Source: a virus. Taken from it: DNA of 64,000 nucleotides. Shown here piece by piece: positions 10,040-18,402 of the stretch. Positions within the stretch are counted from its first letter, which is position 1. The number at the start of each line of letters is the position of its first letter. The stretch spans positions 60,328-124,327 of the IMG/VR virus record IMGVR_UViG_3300009488_000018; one strand, given 5' to 3'. The notes under the pieces were generated by a model. It did not search any database. It was not told the origin of the DNA and was given only the letters and a program-made list of their open reading frames with translations. The translations under genes and the position numbers were made by a program.

Positions 10040-10285
10040 GTGGATCTGAATAATCAAACAACAATACAAATAATTAAGTGTGTAAAAGATTATCCGATGG
10101 TTGGGGGCTTTGTTAAAAAAGATACAATATTAACAGAAGATTTAGAAACCACAAAAAACGAATTTGATGGTACAGTATTCATTTCTAAAGAAGGAACTGA
10201 ATATCACTTCAACAATAGTGAAATAGTTTTTTCAACAGATTTCCAAAAATCATTTAAGTTACTCTGCAGAAGAAATATTAGCTAA
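10040..10285 (+). CDS. hypothetical protein (GTG start)
   Basis: AAGGA RBS; the upstream part of the ORF is tRNA-Asp. Confidence 0.55.
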   Translation: MDLNNQTTIQIIKCVKDYPMVGGFVKKDTILTEDLETTKNEFDGTVFISKEGTEYHFNNSEIVFSTDFQKSFKLLCRRNIS

Positions 10286-10410
10286 ATTATAAAGGATAGG
10301 AGAGAATAAACAAGAAAAAGACTACTATTAAGAGACAGCATGTTCGCTCAAAGAAAACATGAAATGATCGATAAAATATTAACATTGTTAGATTTTAGGA
10401 GGTAATAAAA

Positions 10411-10611
10411 TTGACAAAGGTATTGATAATCGAGAGCGAAGCTGGTTGGGGGCGAAAAGTTGAAAAAGAAAAAGAGTTCGATAGTCGGGAAGAAGCCATA
10501 CAGTATTGTAAGGATTATAACAACGAATATAATCCGGCTGACAAACCTACCCCAGTATGGTATATGTATGCTCGATTGGAAGATCAGGTTGAATATGGAA
10601 TGTTGCGTTAA
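10411..10611 (+). CDS. hypothetical protein (cassette-like, followed by attC)
   Basis: AGGAGGT RBS, TTG start. Confidence 0.65.
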   Translation: MTKVLIIESEAGWGRKVEKEKEFDSREEAIQYCKDYNNEYNPADKPTPVWYMYARLEDQVEYGMLR

Positions 10612-10613
10612 AA

Positions 10614-10673
10614 ATCTAACCAACATATCGAGCAGGCCAGCTAACGCTAGCAGCTCATGTAAGACTGTTAGAG
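10614..10673 (+). repeat. integron attC-like site
   Basis: ATCTAAC...acat-atc-gagc/gctc-atgt...GTTAGAG, 60 bp, directly after a stop codon. Confidence 0.7.
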
Positions 10674-10812
10674 AAGTCAAAAAACTCACAAATAGCAAGA
10701 TCTTTAAGGAAGAGGTCTGGAACTGAACTAGTTAAGATTTATCGTAGAGAAAAGGCTAAGAGAGGAATAACATCAAGTTTAAATAGAATATCAACCAAAA
10801 CAAGGGAAATAA

Positions 10813-11427
10813 ATGAATCCATTTGGAAAGATCATAGAAAAAAAAGATGGTACCCTGGATGCTATAATGACTCGCCAACTTACACAAAATGAATTGGAAG
10901 GGACAACAGTAGTAAATTTGAGACATATGTGTATTCGCTACTATAACATTCCAGGTATGACCCATAAAAGAAAAAATGTGATTATCGATGCTATCCTTAA
11001 AAAATATAAGACATTAGATAAAATAAAATATCAACTATTTATTTCTGAAAAACAAGCTAGAGTAATCACATCTGCTCTTGACTTGTTTTCTAGGATAGGA
11101 ATTGGTCAACTCGAAGAAATTTTGAGACATCCACAATATGCAAATGTAATTTTCAACAACAATGCCACTTACAAAGTTTGCAAAGAATTATTAGATGAAA
11201 CAAAAAAGCTTCTTACGAATTTTCCTCCTAATGCATCTTATGGCATAGGAAATCCTGAAGTACATAGCGATTGTACTATATCTTACGATCTTATGCAAGT
11301 TATTAGACATAGACTTGCATGGGATAATAATCCTGAAGGAGGATTACAAGTCAGCTTTGGTAAACCAATGCGCTTTTCTAATGAAGAAGAATTAGCAAAG
11401 ATCAAACAGAAGACAACTAAATTTTAG
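10813..11427 (+). CDS. hypothetical phage protein
   Basis: 204 aa ORF. Confidence 0.7.
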   Translation: MNPFGKIIEKKDGTLDAIMTRQLTQNELEGTTVVNLRHMCIRYYNIPGMTHKRKNVIIDAILKKYKTLDKIKYQLFISEKQARVITSALDLFSRIGIGQLEEILRHPQYANVIFNNNATYKVCKELLDETKKLLTNFPPNASYGIGNPEVHSDCTISYDLMQVIRHRLAWDNNPEGGLQVSFGKPMRFSNEEELAKIKQKTTKF

Positions 11428-11501
11428 CGCCTGTAGCTCAGTGGATACAGAGCACCAGGCTACGAACTTGGGGGTCGGGGGTTCGAATCCCCCCAGGCGT
11501 T
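11427..11501 (+). tRNA. trnR: tRNA-Arg(ACG)
   Basis: ccagg-ctacgaa-cttgg. Confidence 0.93.
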
Positions 11502-11534
11502 TCACAAACTAGAACAAATCTGAAGAGGTTAAAA

Positions 11535-11711
11535 ATGTTTCCAGAATTATTAGTACATCCACTAACTTGGATAATATTAGCTTTTAATACAGCAATATTA
11601 GCACTTATAATATGTATTCTTATGGGAATACTTATAATAATAATCCTATTGTTTTTTCCAGAAAGATCAAAATTAAGACAACGACTTGTAGACTTTGCAA
11701 GCCAAGAATAA
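11535..11711 (+). CDS. small membrane protein between two tRNA-Arg copies
   Basis: GAGGT RBS; MFPELLVHPLTWIIL... with a long hydrophobic stretch. Confidence 0.55.
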   Translation: MFPELLVHPLTWIILAFNTAILALIICILMGILIIIILLFFPERSKLRQRLVDFASQE

Positions 11712-11766
11712 ACGCCTGTAGCTAGAGCACCAGGCTACGAACTTGGGGTTCGAATCCCCAGGCGTT
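11712..11766 (+). pseudogene. internally deleted copy of tRNA-Arg(ACG)
   Basis: Same acceptor and anticodon arms as 11427-11501; D loop and variable region missing. Confidence 0.8.
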
Positions 11767-11777
11767 CTATAGAGAAG

Positions 11778-12221
11778 ATGTATAAAGAGAAATATAAGAT
11801 GATAAACAAAATATATAAAATAGCTGAAATTAATGATCCTTTTTATAGTAAACTAATTCAAGAAACATGTACAGAACTACAAATTAATCTACATAAAAGG
11901 GACGAGAAGAATCAATCATTTATTGCTGGAAAAGACATTTTCTTAGGTAAGTATGAAGACGAAGAACTAATGATTATCTCATTCTTTCATGAAGTGGGAC
12001 ATATTTTAGTCAAATGGAAATACAAAAAAAGAACAAGACTTAACACTCTAATGATCGAACTAAAGGCATGGGACTTAGGTATTCAATATGCATTAAATAA
12101 AGGGTTATTATTTTCCGACAATGCTCTCAAGTGGGGTTACGAACGGGCGATAGGATACGCAGGGCATGATAAAAGAGAACGTGTAGGATGGAAATTTAAT
12201 AAACATGCTTTAGATGTTTAG
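11778..12221 (+). CDS. HExxH zinc-metallopeptidase-like protein
   Basis: FFHEVGH plus downstream E..AW. Confidence 0.6.
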   Translation: MYKEKYKMINKIYKIAEINDPFYSKLIQETCTELQINLHKRDEKNQSFIAGKDIFLGKYEDEELMIISFFHEVGHILVKWKYKKRTRLNTLMIELKAWDLGIQYALNKGLLFSDNALKWGYERAIGYAGHDKRERVGWKFNKHALDV

Positions 12222-12252
12222 AGTACCAAAATTAGAAAGGAAATAAAATATA

Positions 12253-12495
12253 ATGGCAGGAATAGATAAAATTTATGGAAATAAAGCGCAGTATAGTGAA
12301 CTTCGTTCTTGGTGTGAGAGAAATAAACCAGAGGCATTATTATATTTCTATCCTTGGGAAGGTGAATGGTTGACGGACAATGAACAACATCCCATTACTA
12401 ATTTCCCAGAAAAAATTGATAAGTGGCTCTTAAAAAACTGTACTCTCAGTTGGGTAGTTAAATACATCAAAGAGCAGTATGGTAACAGATTATAA
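12253..12495 (+). CDS. hypothetical phage protein
   Basis: 80 aa ORF with RBS. Confidence 0.6.
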   Translation: MAGIDKIYGNKAQYSELRSWCERNKPEALLYFYPWEGEWLTDNEQHPITNFPEKIDKWLLKNCTLSWVVKYIKEQYGNRL

Positions 12496-12569
12496 ACGCC
12501 TGTAGCTCAGTCTGGGAGAGCGTCGGTCCTACAAACCGACAGTCATAGGTTCAAACCCTATCAGGCGTA
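12496..12569 (+). tRNA. trnV: tRNA-Val(TAC), C33
   Basis: tcggt-cctacaa-accga. Confidence 0.85.
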
Positions 12570-12576
12570 TAATTAT

Positions 12577-12650
12577 AGTACTGTAGCTCAGCGGTCCAGA
12601 GCACGCGACTTATAATCGTGAGGCCGATGGTTCGAATCCATCCAGTACTA
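12577..12650 (+). tRNA. trnI: tRNA-Ile(TAT)
   Basis: cgcga-cttataa-tcgtg; intact cloverleaf. Confidence 0.88.
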
Positions 12651-12703
12651 CTAAAACTTAGTGGACATAAAGTAGAGACGGGGAACTTTACAAAGGAGGT
12701 AGA

Positions 12704-13051
12704 ATGAGACCAGGCGATAGAAAACAAAGATGGCAGAGTACATGTACCATTGAGGGAATAATATTATTCCTGATTGGGTTGTTTTTTGCCTACTCTGGAT
12801 TGATGGCTCCAAGAAACGGTTGGATCGTTTTATTAATAGCCTTGGGTGCATTATGGGGGTCAATGAAATCTTTTACTGATGCAAAACGCGGATGGAAGAT
12901 GACGGATAAGCGCCCGCCTTGGGCTGATAGGCATGACGCTATAGACAGGGGCGATTTAACATTATATAAAAGATACCCTCATTGGCGACCTAATATACAA
13001 TCTAACAAAGTACTCAACTCCAAACCAACTAAAGCTGGCGGGGTTAATTAA
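12704..13051 (+). CDS. membrane protein reading into attC
   Basis: AAGGAGGT RBS; C-terminus SNKVLNS... is encoded by the attC. Confidence 0.65.
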   Translation: MRPGDRKQRWQSTCTIEGIILFLIGLFFAYSGLMAPRNGWIVLLIALGALWGSMKSFTDAKRGWKMTDKRPPWADRHDAIDRGDLTLYKRYPHWRPNIQSNKVLNSKPTKAGGVN

Positions 13052-13060
13052 TTGTTAAGG
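13000..13060 (+). repeat. integron attC-like site
   Basis: ATCTAAC-aaagtactcaactcc...ggggttaattaatt-GTTAAGG. Confidence 0.65.
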
Positions 13061-13068
13061 AGAGTCTT

Positions 13069-13398
13069 ATGATTACACCATCAGAGAGAATTCAGGCAGT
13101 TAAAGAATGGAACGAGTCAGGGTTTCATGAGTTAACGTGTGGAATTGATTCCAACCATCCTCCACTCGTAGCGGCAGAAACTCCATTTGGCGTGTATCTC
13201 TTCTGTACAGCGAATAAATGTGGATATACTCAGCCATTTTGGAAAGTCCCAGCTGTGGTATGGTTATCGTTTTTTGAGCGACACGCCTCCCCACAAGTCA
13301 CTCAAGATGAAGTAGACTCACCATGGTTTTGTATTGAATGTAAACATGATGGCAATACAGGCCCAAAGTGTGACAATTGCCTTATGCCACGCCGATGA
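13069..13398 (+). CDS. Cys-rich hypothetical protein
   Basis: CxxC pairs; RBS directly after GTT box. Confidence 0.6.
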   Translation: MITPSERIQAVKEWNESGFHELTCGIDSNHPPLVAAETPFGVYLFCTANKCGYTQPFWKVPAVVWLSFFERHASPQVTQDEVDSPWFCIECKHDGNTGPKCDNCLMPRR

Positions 13399-13419
13399 TC
13401 TTAATTTGGGAGGCTGACA

Positions 13420-13668
13420 ATGAAAAAAGCTATATGCAATCGTGTAGATCTTAAACATAAGAAATGCCAAATAACTTCATGTTATCATTATAGCATACAT
13501 GAATCAATAGGATGTGAAAAATGGCACGAATGTCATTACTACAAAGTGCCAGTTAGATGCTTTTATGTCTCCAGAAGAATATGGAGTGAAGAGAGAAGAC
13601 TAGAGCAGCTTAGTTCAAATATTAGGACGAATTCTAAAGGAGACATTTATGAGTTTATATTATGCTGA
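13420..13668 (+). CDS. Cys/His-rich hypothetical protein
   Basis: GGAGG RBS. Confidence 0.5.
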   Translation: MKKAICNRVDLKHKKCQITSCYHYSIHESIGCEKWHECHYYKVPVRCFYVSRRIWSEERRLEQLSSNIRTNSKGDIYEFILC

Positions 13669-13852
13669 AACAGGTCTTGGTTGTTGTATTAGAGAAGCAA
13701 CCAGTTTAAAAAATGCAAGAAATATAATTCTTAGAGAGGTTGGTACATATAATGGTCCCAAAATTGTTCGTAAGGCCAGTAAAGATGATATAAATTGGGT
13801 TAATAGTATGGGTGGATATGTACCAAAAATTCACCCCCAACCAAGTACTTAA
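13649..13852 (+). CDS. hypothetical protein
   Basis: AAGGAG RBS; ends inside attC. Confidence 0.6.
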   Translation: MSLYYAETGLGCCIREATSLKNARNIILREVGTYNGPKIVRKASKDDINWVNSMGGYVPKIHPQPST

Positions 13853-13890
13853 CTCCAAACCAGCCAAAGCTGATTAGTTTTTCGTTATGT
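13835..13890 (+). repeat. integron attC-like site
   Basis: CCCCAAC-caagtacttaactccaaacc...ctgattagtttttc-GTTATGT; similar to the 13000 copy. Confidence 0.6.
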
Positions 13891-13905
13891 TTCAAGGAGG
13901 ATAAA

Positions 13906-14052
13906 ATGAATGAACAACTTTATGAGCAAGCATCAGAGGCTATAGAAAAATTGTTCTCTGATAAATCTGTATCACAAGAACAGGCAAGGGAAAATTTGGA
14001 ATCACTCATTGGTGAAATCGAAATAATGCTTGAAAGTATGGAGGAAACCTAA
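13906..14052 (+). CDS. small acidic cassette protein (48 aa)
   Basis: AAGGAGG RBS; TAA stop lies within the ACCTAAC box. Confidence 0.65.
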   Translation: MNEQLYEQASEAIEKLFSDKSVSQEQARENLESLIGEIEIMLESMEET

Positions 14053-14154
14053 CAACGCGCTCAACTCACTGTTAGGATTCAAACCAAATAACAATAACGC
14101 AGTATCTTAAGTGTAGACAATCCAGTAGTTGTGAGGGTTAGCTCCACGTTAGAT
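14047..14154 (+). repeat. integron attC-like site (long)
   Basis: ACCTAAC-aacgcgctcaactcac...gtgagggttagctccac-GTTAGAT. Confidence 0.7.
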
Positions 14155-14173
14155 TGCTCTTTAAGGAGTTATT

Positions 14174-14374
14174 ATGAGTTGTAAAGAAGGATATAGGGGC
14201 GAATGTTGCTGTGAGTGTGAACATCAACTTAAAATCCATGTTTGCACTTGTGGAATCTGCCCCACCATAGAAGGATATATCTGTATTTTATCCCATGTCA
14301 TAGATCATAACTATCATTGTACCTATAAGACGAATAAGCATGGTGCGTGTGAGTGTTTTATGTTGAGAAAGTAA
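14174..14374 (+). CDS. Cys-rich cassette protein
   Basis: Many Cys/His residues; lies between attC sites. Confidence 0.6.
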   Translation: MSCKEGYRGECCCECEHQLKIHVCTCGICPTIEGYICILSHVIDHNYHCTYKTNKHGACECFMLRK

Positions 14375-14431
14375 TCGAACAAAACACTCAACCCAGACCC
14401 ATAAATATCAAGCTGATGAGTTTTGTTATAC
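14374..14431 (+). repeat. integron attC-like site
   Basis: ATCGAAC-aaaacactcaaccc...ctgatgagtttt-GTTATAC. Confidence 0.6.
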
Positions 14432-14449
14432 AGAAAGGAGGAAAGAGAT

Positions 14450-14692
14450 ATGAGTTACTTTTGGTTTTCATTTTCTAAGAATGGGAAAAATCAGGGATGT
14501 ATTAATGTTGAAGCTGATACATCAGAAATAGCAATGAAAAATGCGATAGAATTAAATATCGTACCAAAACATGACGATGTCGAAACATACAAAATCGATG
14601 AACCAGAGATACCCATTAATGTTTTAGTGTCTCCAGAAGAAATGAAGCAGATGGAGTATGATTCAGTAAAATATAAAAAAAACTCAACCTAA
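14450..14692 (+). CDS. hypothetical cassette protein
   Basis: AAGGAGG RBS before ATG 14450. Confidence 0.65.
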   Translation: MSYFWFSFSKNGKNQGCINVEADTSEIAMKNAIELNIVPKHDDVETYKIDEPEIPINVLVSPEEMKQMEYDSVKYKKNST

Positions 14693-14711
14693 ACCCATAA
14701 ATATCAATTTT

Positions 14712-14816
14712 GTTATGCCGCTATGTATGGTGCAAGATCATACTCATCGGGGGCAGTAAACCTACGGGCTGCTGGCTGTCTATGGTGCCTGAGATGGAAC
14801 CAGCTAGCGGCATAAC
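14712..14816 (+). ncRNA. ORF-less cassette / candidate structured RNA
   Basis: 12-bp terminal inverted repeat GTTATGCCGCTA/TAGCGGCATAAC with internal hairpins; GC-rich. Confidence 0.45.
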
Positions 14817-14944
14817 AAATCGCTGAAGTCGGAATCGGGAATGCTATGGAGTAAGTGAAGAACCCGAGTGCACTTGGGTTGCAGGTGACCGAGCCTGACG
14901 TTCCCGAATTTTCCTTAGCCCAACTGATTAGTTTAATGTTATAC
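14810..14944 (+). repeat. integron attC-like site (long)
   Basis: GCATAAC-aaatcgctgaagtcgg...ctgattagtttaat-GTTATAC. Confidence 0.6.
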
Positions 14945-14957
14945 AAAAGGAGGAAAG

Positions 14958-15344
14958 ATGAAGAAATGGCCAGAGGATGGTTCTACGGTACAGTTTGCAG
15001 AAATAGTTGAGTCCGTCAGAAAGGCAATACTCTTTGCATATAATATTAAAAGGAAAAACAGGAATAGAAGCATACCTTGGGATGGACTTGATATTGGAAA
15101 TGATTCAAAAGCGACTTGCTTTTCTCCAGAGGAACAACTTCAACTAGAACATTTGCGTTATTCTGAAAATGATCAAGGACGGGATGCTCTAGATGAAATA
15201 CTAAGTATAGCTGTCCGATTAGGGATTGAACAAGGACAGAGGATTTTTAAAAAAGGTACAGAATATCAAATGATGAAAATACGGTTGAACTTAATAGAAA
15301 ATCTAACAAATCACTCAGTCCAACCGAACAGACCAACTGGTTAG
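14958..15344 (+). CDS. hypothetical cassette protein
   Basis: AAGGAGG RBS; C-terminus runs through attC. Confidence 0.7.
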   Translation: MKKWPEDGSTVQFAEIVESVRKAILFAYNIKRKNRNRSIPWDGLDIGNDSKATCFSPEEQLQLEHLRYSENDQGRDALDEILSIAVRLGIEQGQRIFKKGTEYQMMKIRLNLIENLTNHSVQPNRPTG

Positions 15345-15358
15345 TTTAACCGTTAACA
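15301..15358 (+). repeat. integron attC-like site
   Basis: ATCTAAC-aaatcactcagtcc...ctggttagtttaacc-GTTAACA. Confidence 0.7.
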
Positions 15359-15564
15359 ATCCTTCTTCAGGAGATTAATATGCAAATATGTAAATTTTGT
15401 CAAAAGTCCTATGATGTAAAAGAAACCAAAAGGGTTTTCGGTGATATGTGGTGGATATACATTTATTGCTCTGCACAATGTTATACAAAAGATCAGGTTG
15501 TTAACAAAACACCTAACTCAGACCATGCTAACCGTCCGTCCGGATGAACTCAGCTGCGTAAAAC

Positions 15565-16208
15565 TCTATATAAAATGTAAGTGAAACTGCGGGCCAGGCT
15601 TTAAAAGAAAGGAGATAAAGGCCATGCGAATAATTAAATCCAAAAGATTAATGTTACTACTCATTAGTTTCGCTTCGATCTTTGCTCTTGTAACGACCTC
15701 TCTTGCACAGGAGAAGATTAAGCTCGCGGGGAAGCGATACGGGGTCAGAACTAAAGCGGAAGTGATTAAGCTTGATGACACCAAGGGGCACATCCTTATC
15801 CTCTCGGAGTCAAAGGGCACCGATGCCACTACTGGTGCCCAGTTTGTTAGCACTGCATTCGGTGATTATATTAAGGGAAATGGACCACATTGGGGCTACG
15901 GAAAAGCTATAGACCCAGATGGCGATGTCACTTTTAGTACATTTAAATCAAAGTTTACCACCACCCTTTCCCCCGAAGGCAAACCGATCACTACATTTGA
16001 AGGGACTTGGTCTTTCACAAAAGGAACTGGTAAGTATGAGAACGCCCAGGGGGGCGGCACCTTCAAGGGAAAGGTTATAGGACCAGGAATATTCACATAT
16101 GATTGGGAAGGCGAATACTCTATTAAGAAGTAAGAGACAGCCTTCTCTTACAACCCCTAGTATTACAATCTTTTGCTAGTTCGCAGTTTCACTTACATTT
16201 TATATAGA
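15565..16208. mobile_element. non-autonomous element with perfect 27-bp terminal inverted repeats carrying one passenger gene
   Basis: TCTATATAAAATGTAAGTGAAACTGCG (15565-15591) and its exact reverse complement (16182-16208). Confidence 0.75.
15624..16133 (+). CDS. secreted beta-rich protein
   Basis: Signal peptide (SLA-QE); GGTG/GTGKY-like beta-barrel pattern; higher GC than flanks. Confidence 0.75.
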   Translation: MRIIKSKRLMLLLISFASIFALVTTSLAQEKIKLAGKRYGVRTKAEVIKLDDTKGHILILSESKGTDATTGAQFVSTAFGDYIKGNGPHWGYGKAIDPDGDVTFSTFKSKFTTTLSPEGKPITTFEGTWSFTKGTGKYENAQGGGTFKGKVIGPGIFTYDWEGEYSIKK

Positions 16209-16258
16209 ACATAACTAATTAGTTTTTCATTGGGCGGTTTCGTCCAGAAAGGAAAATC

Positions 16259-16432
16259 ATGAGCGAGAAATTAACTGATGAACAAATTAAGAACTGGCGC
16301 GAAGTTCTTGTCGGAATGATTGGACCATACGCTCTAATAATGCCAAGGGAAGAAATCCAGGCATTTCGTGACAAAACGCAAAATGCCGTCCAACAAGTCG
16401 CTCAACCAAATCTGGATAAACCGGCAGCTTAA
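16259..16432 (+). CDS. small cassette protein
   Basis: AAGGA RBS; MSEKLTDEQIKNWR...; ends in attC. Confidence 0.55.
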   Translation: MSEKLTDEQIKNWREVLVGMIGPYALIMPREEIQAFRDKTQNAVQQVAQPNLDKPAA

Positions 16433-16446
16433 TTCTGTCGTTAGAC
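16388..16446 (+). repeat. integron attC-like site
   Basis: GTCCAAC-aagtcgctcaacc...gcttaattctgtc-GTTAGAC. Confidence 0.65.
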
Positions 16447-16462
16447 TATACAGGAGATCATA

Positions 16463-16663
16463 ATGATAGAACTAAAACGATACACCATAATGTCAAGTGC
16501 TAAGGGTCCAAATCGTGATACTATTGAAGATCCAGATGGACAATGGATCTTCGATCCAGGTCATAAGATAAATTTAGATAAATCCAACGATCGTCGTTGT
16601 GAATATTGTGGTGCTGAGAAGGATCCAACAATAAAAACTTTGTGTGGCAAATGCCGTATGTAA
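16463..16663 (+). CDS. zinc-finger hypothetical protein
   Basis: CEYC...CGKC. Confidence 0.55.
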   Translation: MIELKRYTIMSSAKGPNRDTIEDPDGQWIFDPGHKINLDKSNDRRCEYCGAEKDPTIKTLCGKCRM

Positions 16664-16699
16664 GAGGATGTTAAACCAAAGAAATAACAGGAGGTAAAA

Positions 16700-17683
16700 A
16701 TGAAGACCGTAACTTCACAAGCTGAATTTGAAGAGAAGCTAAAAGAAGGTTTGAGATCTTTTAAATTTAAGGGTTTCAGTGGTGTATTGAAGGGAGATAC
16801 TCATATTCATCTTTATGGTAATTCTCAAGCCTATCTACTGGGAAACTCTCACACTACATTACATCAAAGCGCTTTTGCTGCATTATGGGGAAACTGTCAT
16901 GCTAGGCTTCATGACAGTTCTCATGCCGTGTTACGAGGTAACTCTTCTGCTGAGCTACATGGAACCCCTTATTCTTCCCCCCATGTTTCACTTCAGGACA
17001 ATTCTTATGTCATACTACGCGGACATTCTCATGCTGATTTATGGGGGCATTCTTTTGCTGAGATACGGGAAAGTTCTCATGCTATACTACGGGGATATTC
17101 CCAAGCTATATTATGGGGACATTCTCATGCTGATTTACGTGATGATTCTTTTGCTGAGCTATGGGGAAGTTCTTCCGTTATCTTACAAGGGAGATCTCGT
17201 GCTATGCTACGGGATTTCTCGATAGGTTATCTAAGGAGCAAGAGAGCAAAGGCTAAAGCTGGAAAACGTGCAACCATAATTGAAATGATCTACCCTGAAG
17301 ATATCAAACAATGGGCAGCACTGAAAAGGGTGTGTATTAGACGAAACAGAATAATGCTTTGGAAAGCTGTGAGACAAAATGGTACTGACTTCTATACTGG
17401 TCAAGTTAATTATGATACTAAGAAAGAAATTACCGCACCAGACTGGGATTCGAAATATTCTCAAGAATGTGGTTTTGGTTTGCACCTTGCCGATTCTCCT
17501 AGTGCTGCACGACTATTTTGTTCAAGAGATCAGCGTAAAACTGCCCGGTTATTCCGAGTGTCAGTTAATATAAATGATTGTATCTGCTTTCCAGGCATGC
17601 CACATTATCCAATGAAATTACGAGCACGAGCATGTCGGAAAGTGAAAGAATATCCAATTAGTTATAACCTTTGGGAGGAGTAA
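16700..17683 (+). CDS. beta-helix repeat protein with C-terminal CGxGLH domain
   Basis: About 8-aa repeats (L-x-G/D-x-S-x-A-x); C-terminal ECGFGLH typical of phage hypothetical families. Confidence 0.7.
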   Translation: MKTVTSQAEFEEKLKEGLRSFKFKGFSGVLKGDTHIHLYGNSQAYLLGNSHTTLHQSAFAALWGNCHARLHDSSHAVLRGNSSAELHGTPYSSPHVSLQDNSYVILRGHSHADLWGHSFAEIRESSHAILRGYSQAILWGHSHADLRDDSFAELWGSSSVILQGRSRAMLRDFSIGYLRSKRAKAKAGKRATIIEMIYPEDIKQWAALKRVCIRRNRIMLWKAVRQNGTDFYTGQVNYDTKKEITAPDWDSKYSQECGFGLHLADSPSAARLFCSRDQRKTARLFRVSVNINDCICFPGMPHYPMKLRARACRKVKEYPISYNLWEE

Positions 17684-17829
17684 TATTAGACTAAATACTT
17701 CAGAGAGGAGGTGAATAAGGAGTGTGGGGAGCCACAGCAATTATAGTAGGTTTCGTTATACTTTGGATTATAGCTATCAAGCTTATAACGAATAGGTAGA
17801 AACCTTAAAGAGAAAGAGAGGTAGTTAAG

Positions 17830-18189
17830 ATGAAAAAAGGAGAAATAAAATTACTTAGCTGGGGTTTCGTGATTGGCGCAATTGTAATGCTTATTTTCAT
17901 TTTCGCGTCAGGATGGGCAGTGACAAGAGGCTCTGCCAAAGCTAAAGGTGAGGAAATGGCCAAACAGGCTGTTATAGACCAACTGGCACCGATCTGTGTC
18001 GAGCAGTTTTTACAGGATCCAAACAGGGAAGAGCTATTTAAGAAGTTGGAAAAAGAAAGCTCCTGGAGACGGGGTGATACTGTAAAAGAAGCAGGTTGGG
18101 CGGCAATGCCTGGCGCCAAATCTCCTGCTCCTGGTGTTGCCGATGAATGTGCAAAACGGCTCATAGAGCTCAAGAAGACCAAGAAATAA
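17830..18189 (+). CDS. membrane-anchored conserved hypothetical protein (bacterial-like)
   Basis: N-terminal TM; LAPICVEQF and GWAAMPG motifs. Confidence 0.7.
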   Translation: MKKGEIKLLSWGFVIGAIVMLIFIFASGWAVTRGSAKAKGEEMAKQAVIDQLAPICVEQFLQDPNREELFKKLEKESSWRRGDTVKEAGWAAMPGAKSPAPGVADECAKRLIELKKTKK

Positions 18190-18324
18190 GTGATATGAGC
18201 TAGGTGGTAGCAAGACATGAGAAGTATTCGGGCAATGGGCAAGTGACTGCAGGCATGACCCTAATCTTGAATGATTAATCCGTAACGCTTCTCATGTTTT
18301 GTTAATTTGGCCACTTAAAACTAA

Positions 18325-18399
18325 GCGCCTGTAGCTCAGTGGACATAGAGCACAAGATTTCTACTCTTGGTGTCGTGGGTTCGAATCCCTCCAGGCGTT
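18325..18399 (+). tRNA. trnR: tRNA-Arg(TCT)
   Basis: caaga-tttctac-tcttg. Confidence 0.9.
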
Positions 18400-18402
18400 T
18401 AA

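Noticed and set aside
1197-10040. ORF starts at 1197, 7808 and 9941
   Set aside because: Their N-termini lie inside tRNA genes; downstream starts have RBSs.
10614-16446. attC-like palindromes as simple terminators
   Set aside because: They lack U-tracts and carry AAC/GTT boxes with shared internal sequence, unlike the clear terminators at about 30049, 31831 and 34671.
16700-17683. DGR target or DNA repeat array; overlapping ORFs 16815 and 17379
   Set aside because: The periodicity is a protein beta-helix repeat; no reverse transcriptase or TR/VR pair; the alternative frames are by-products of the repeat.
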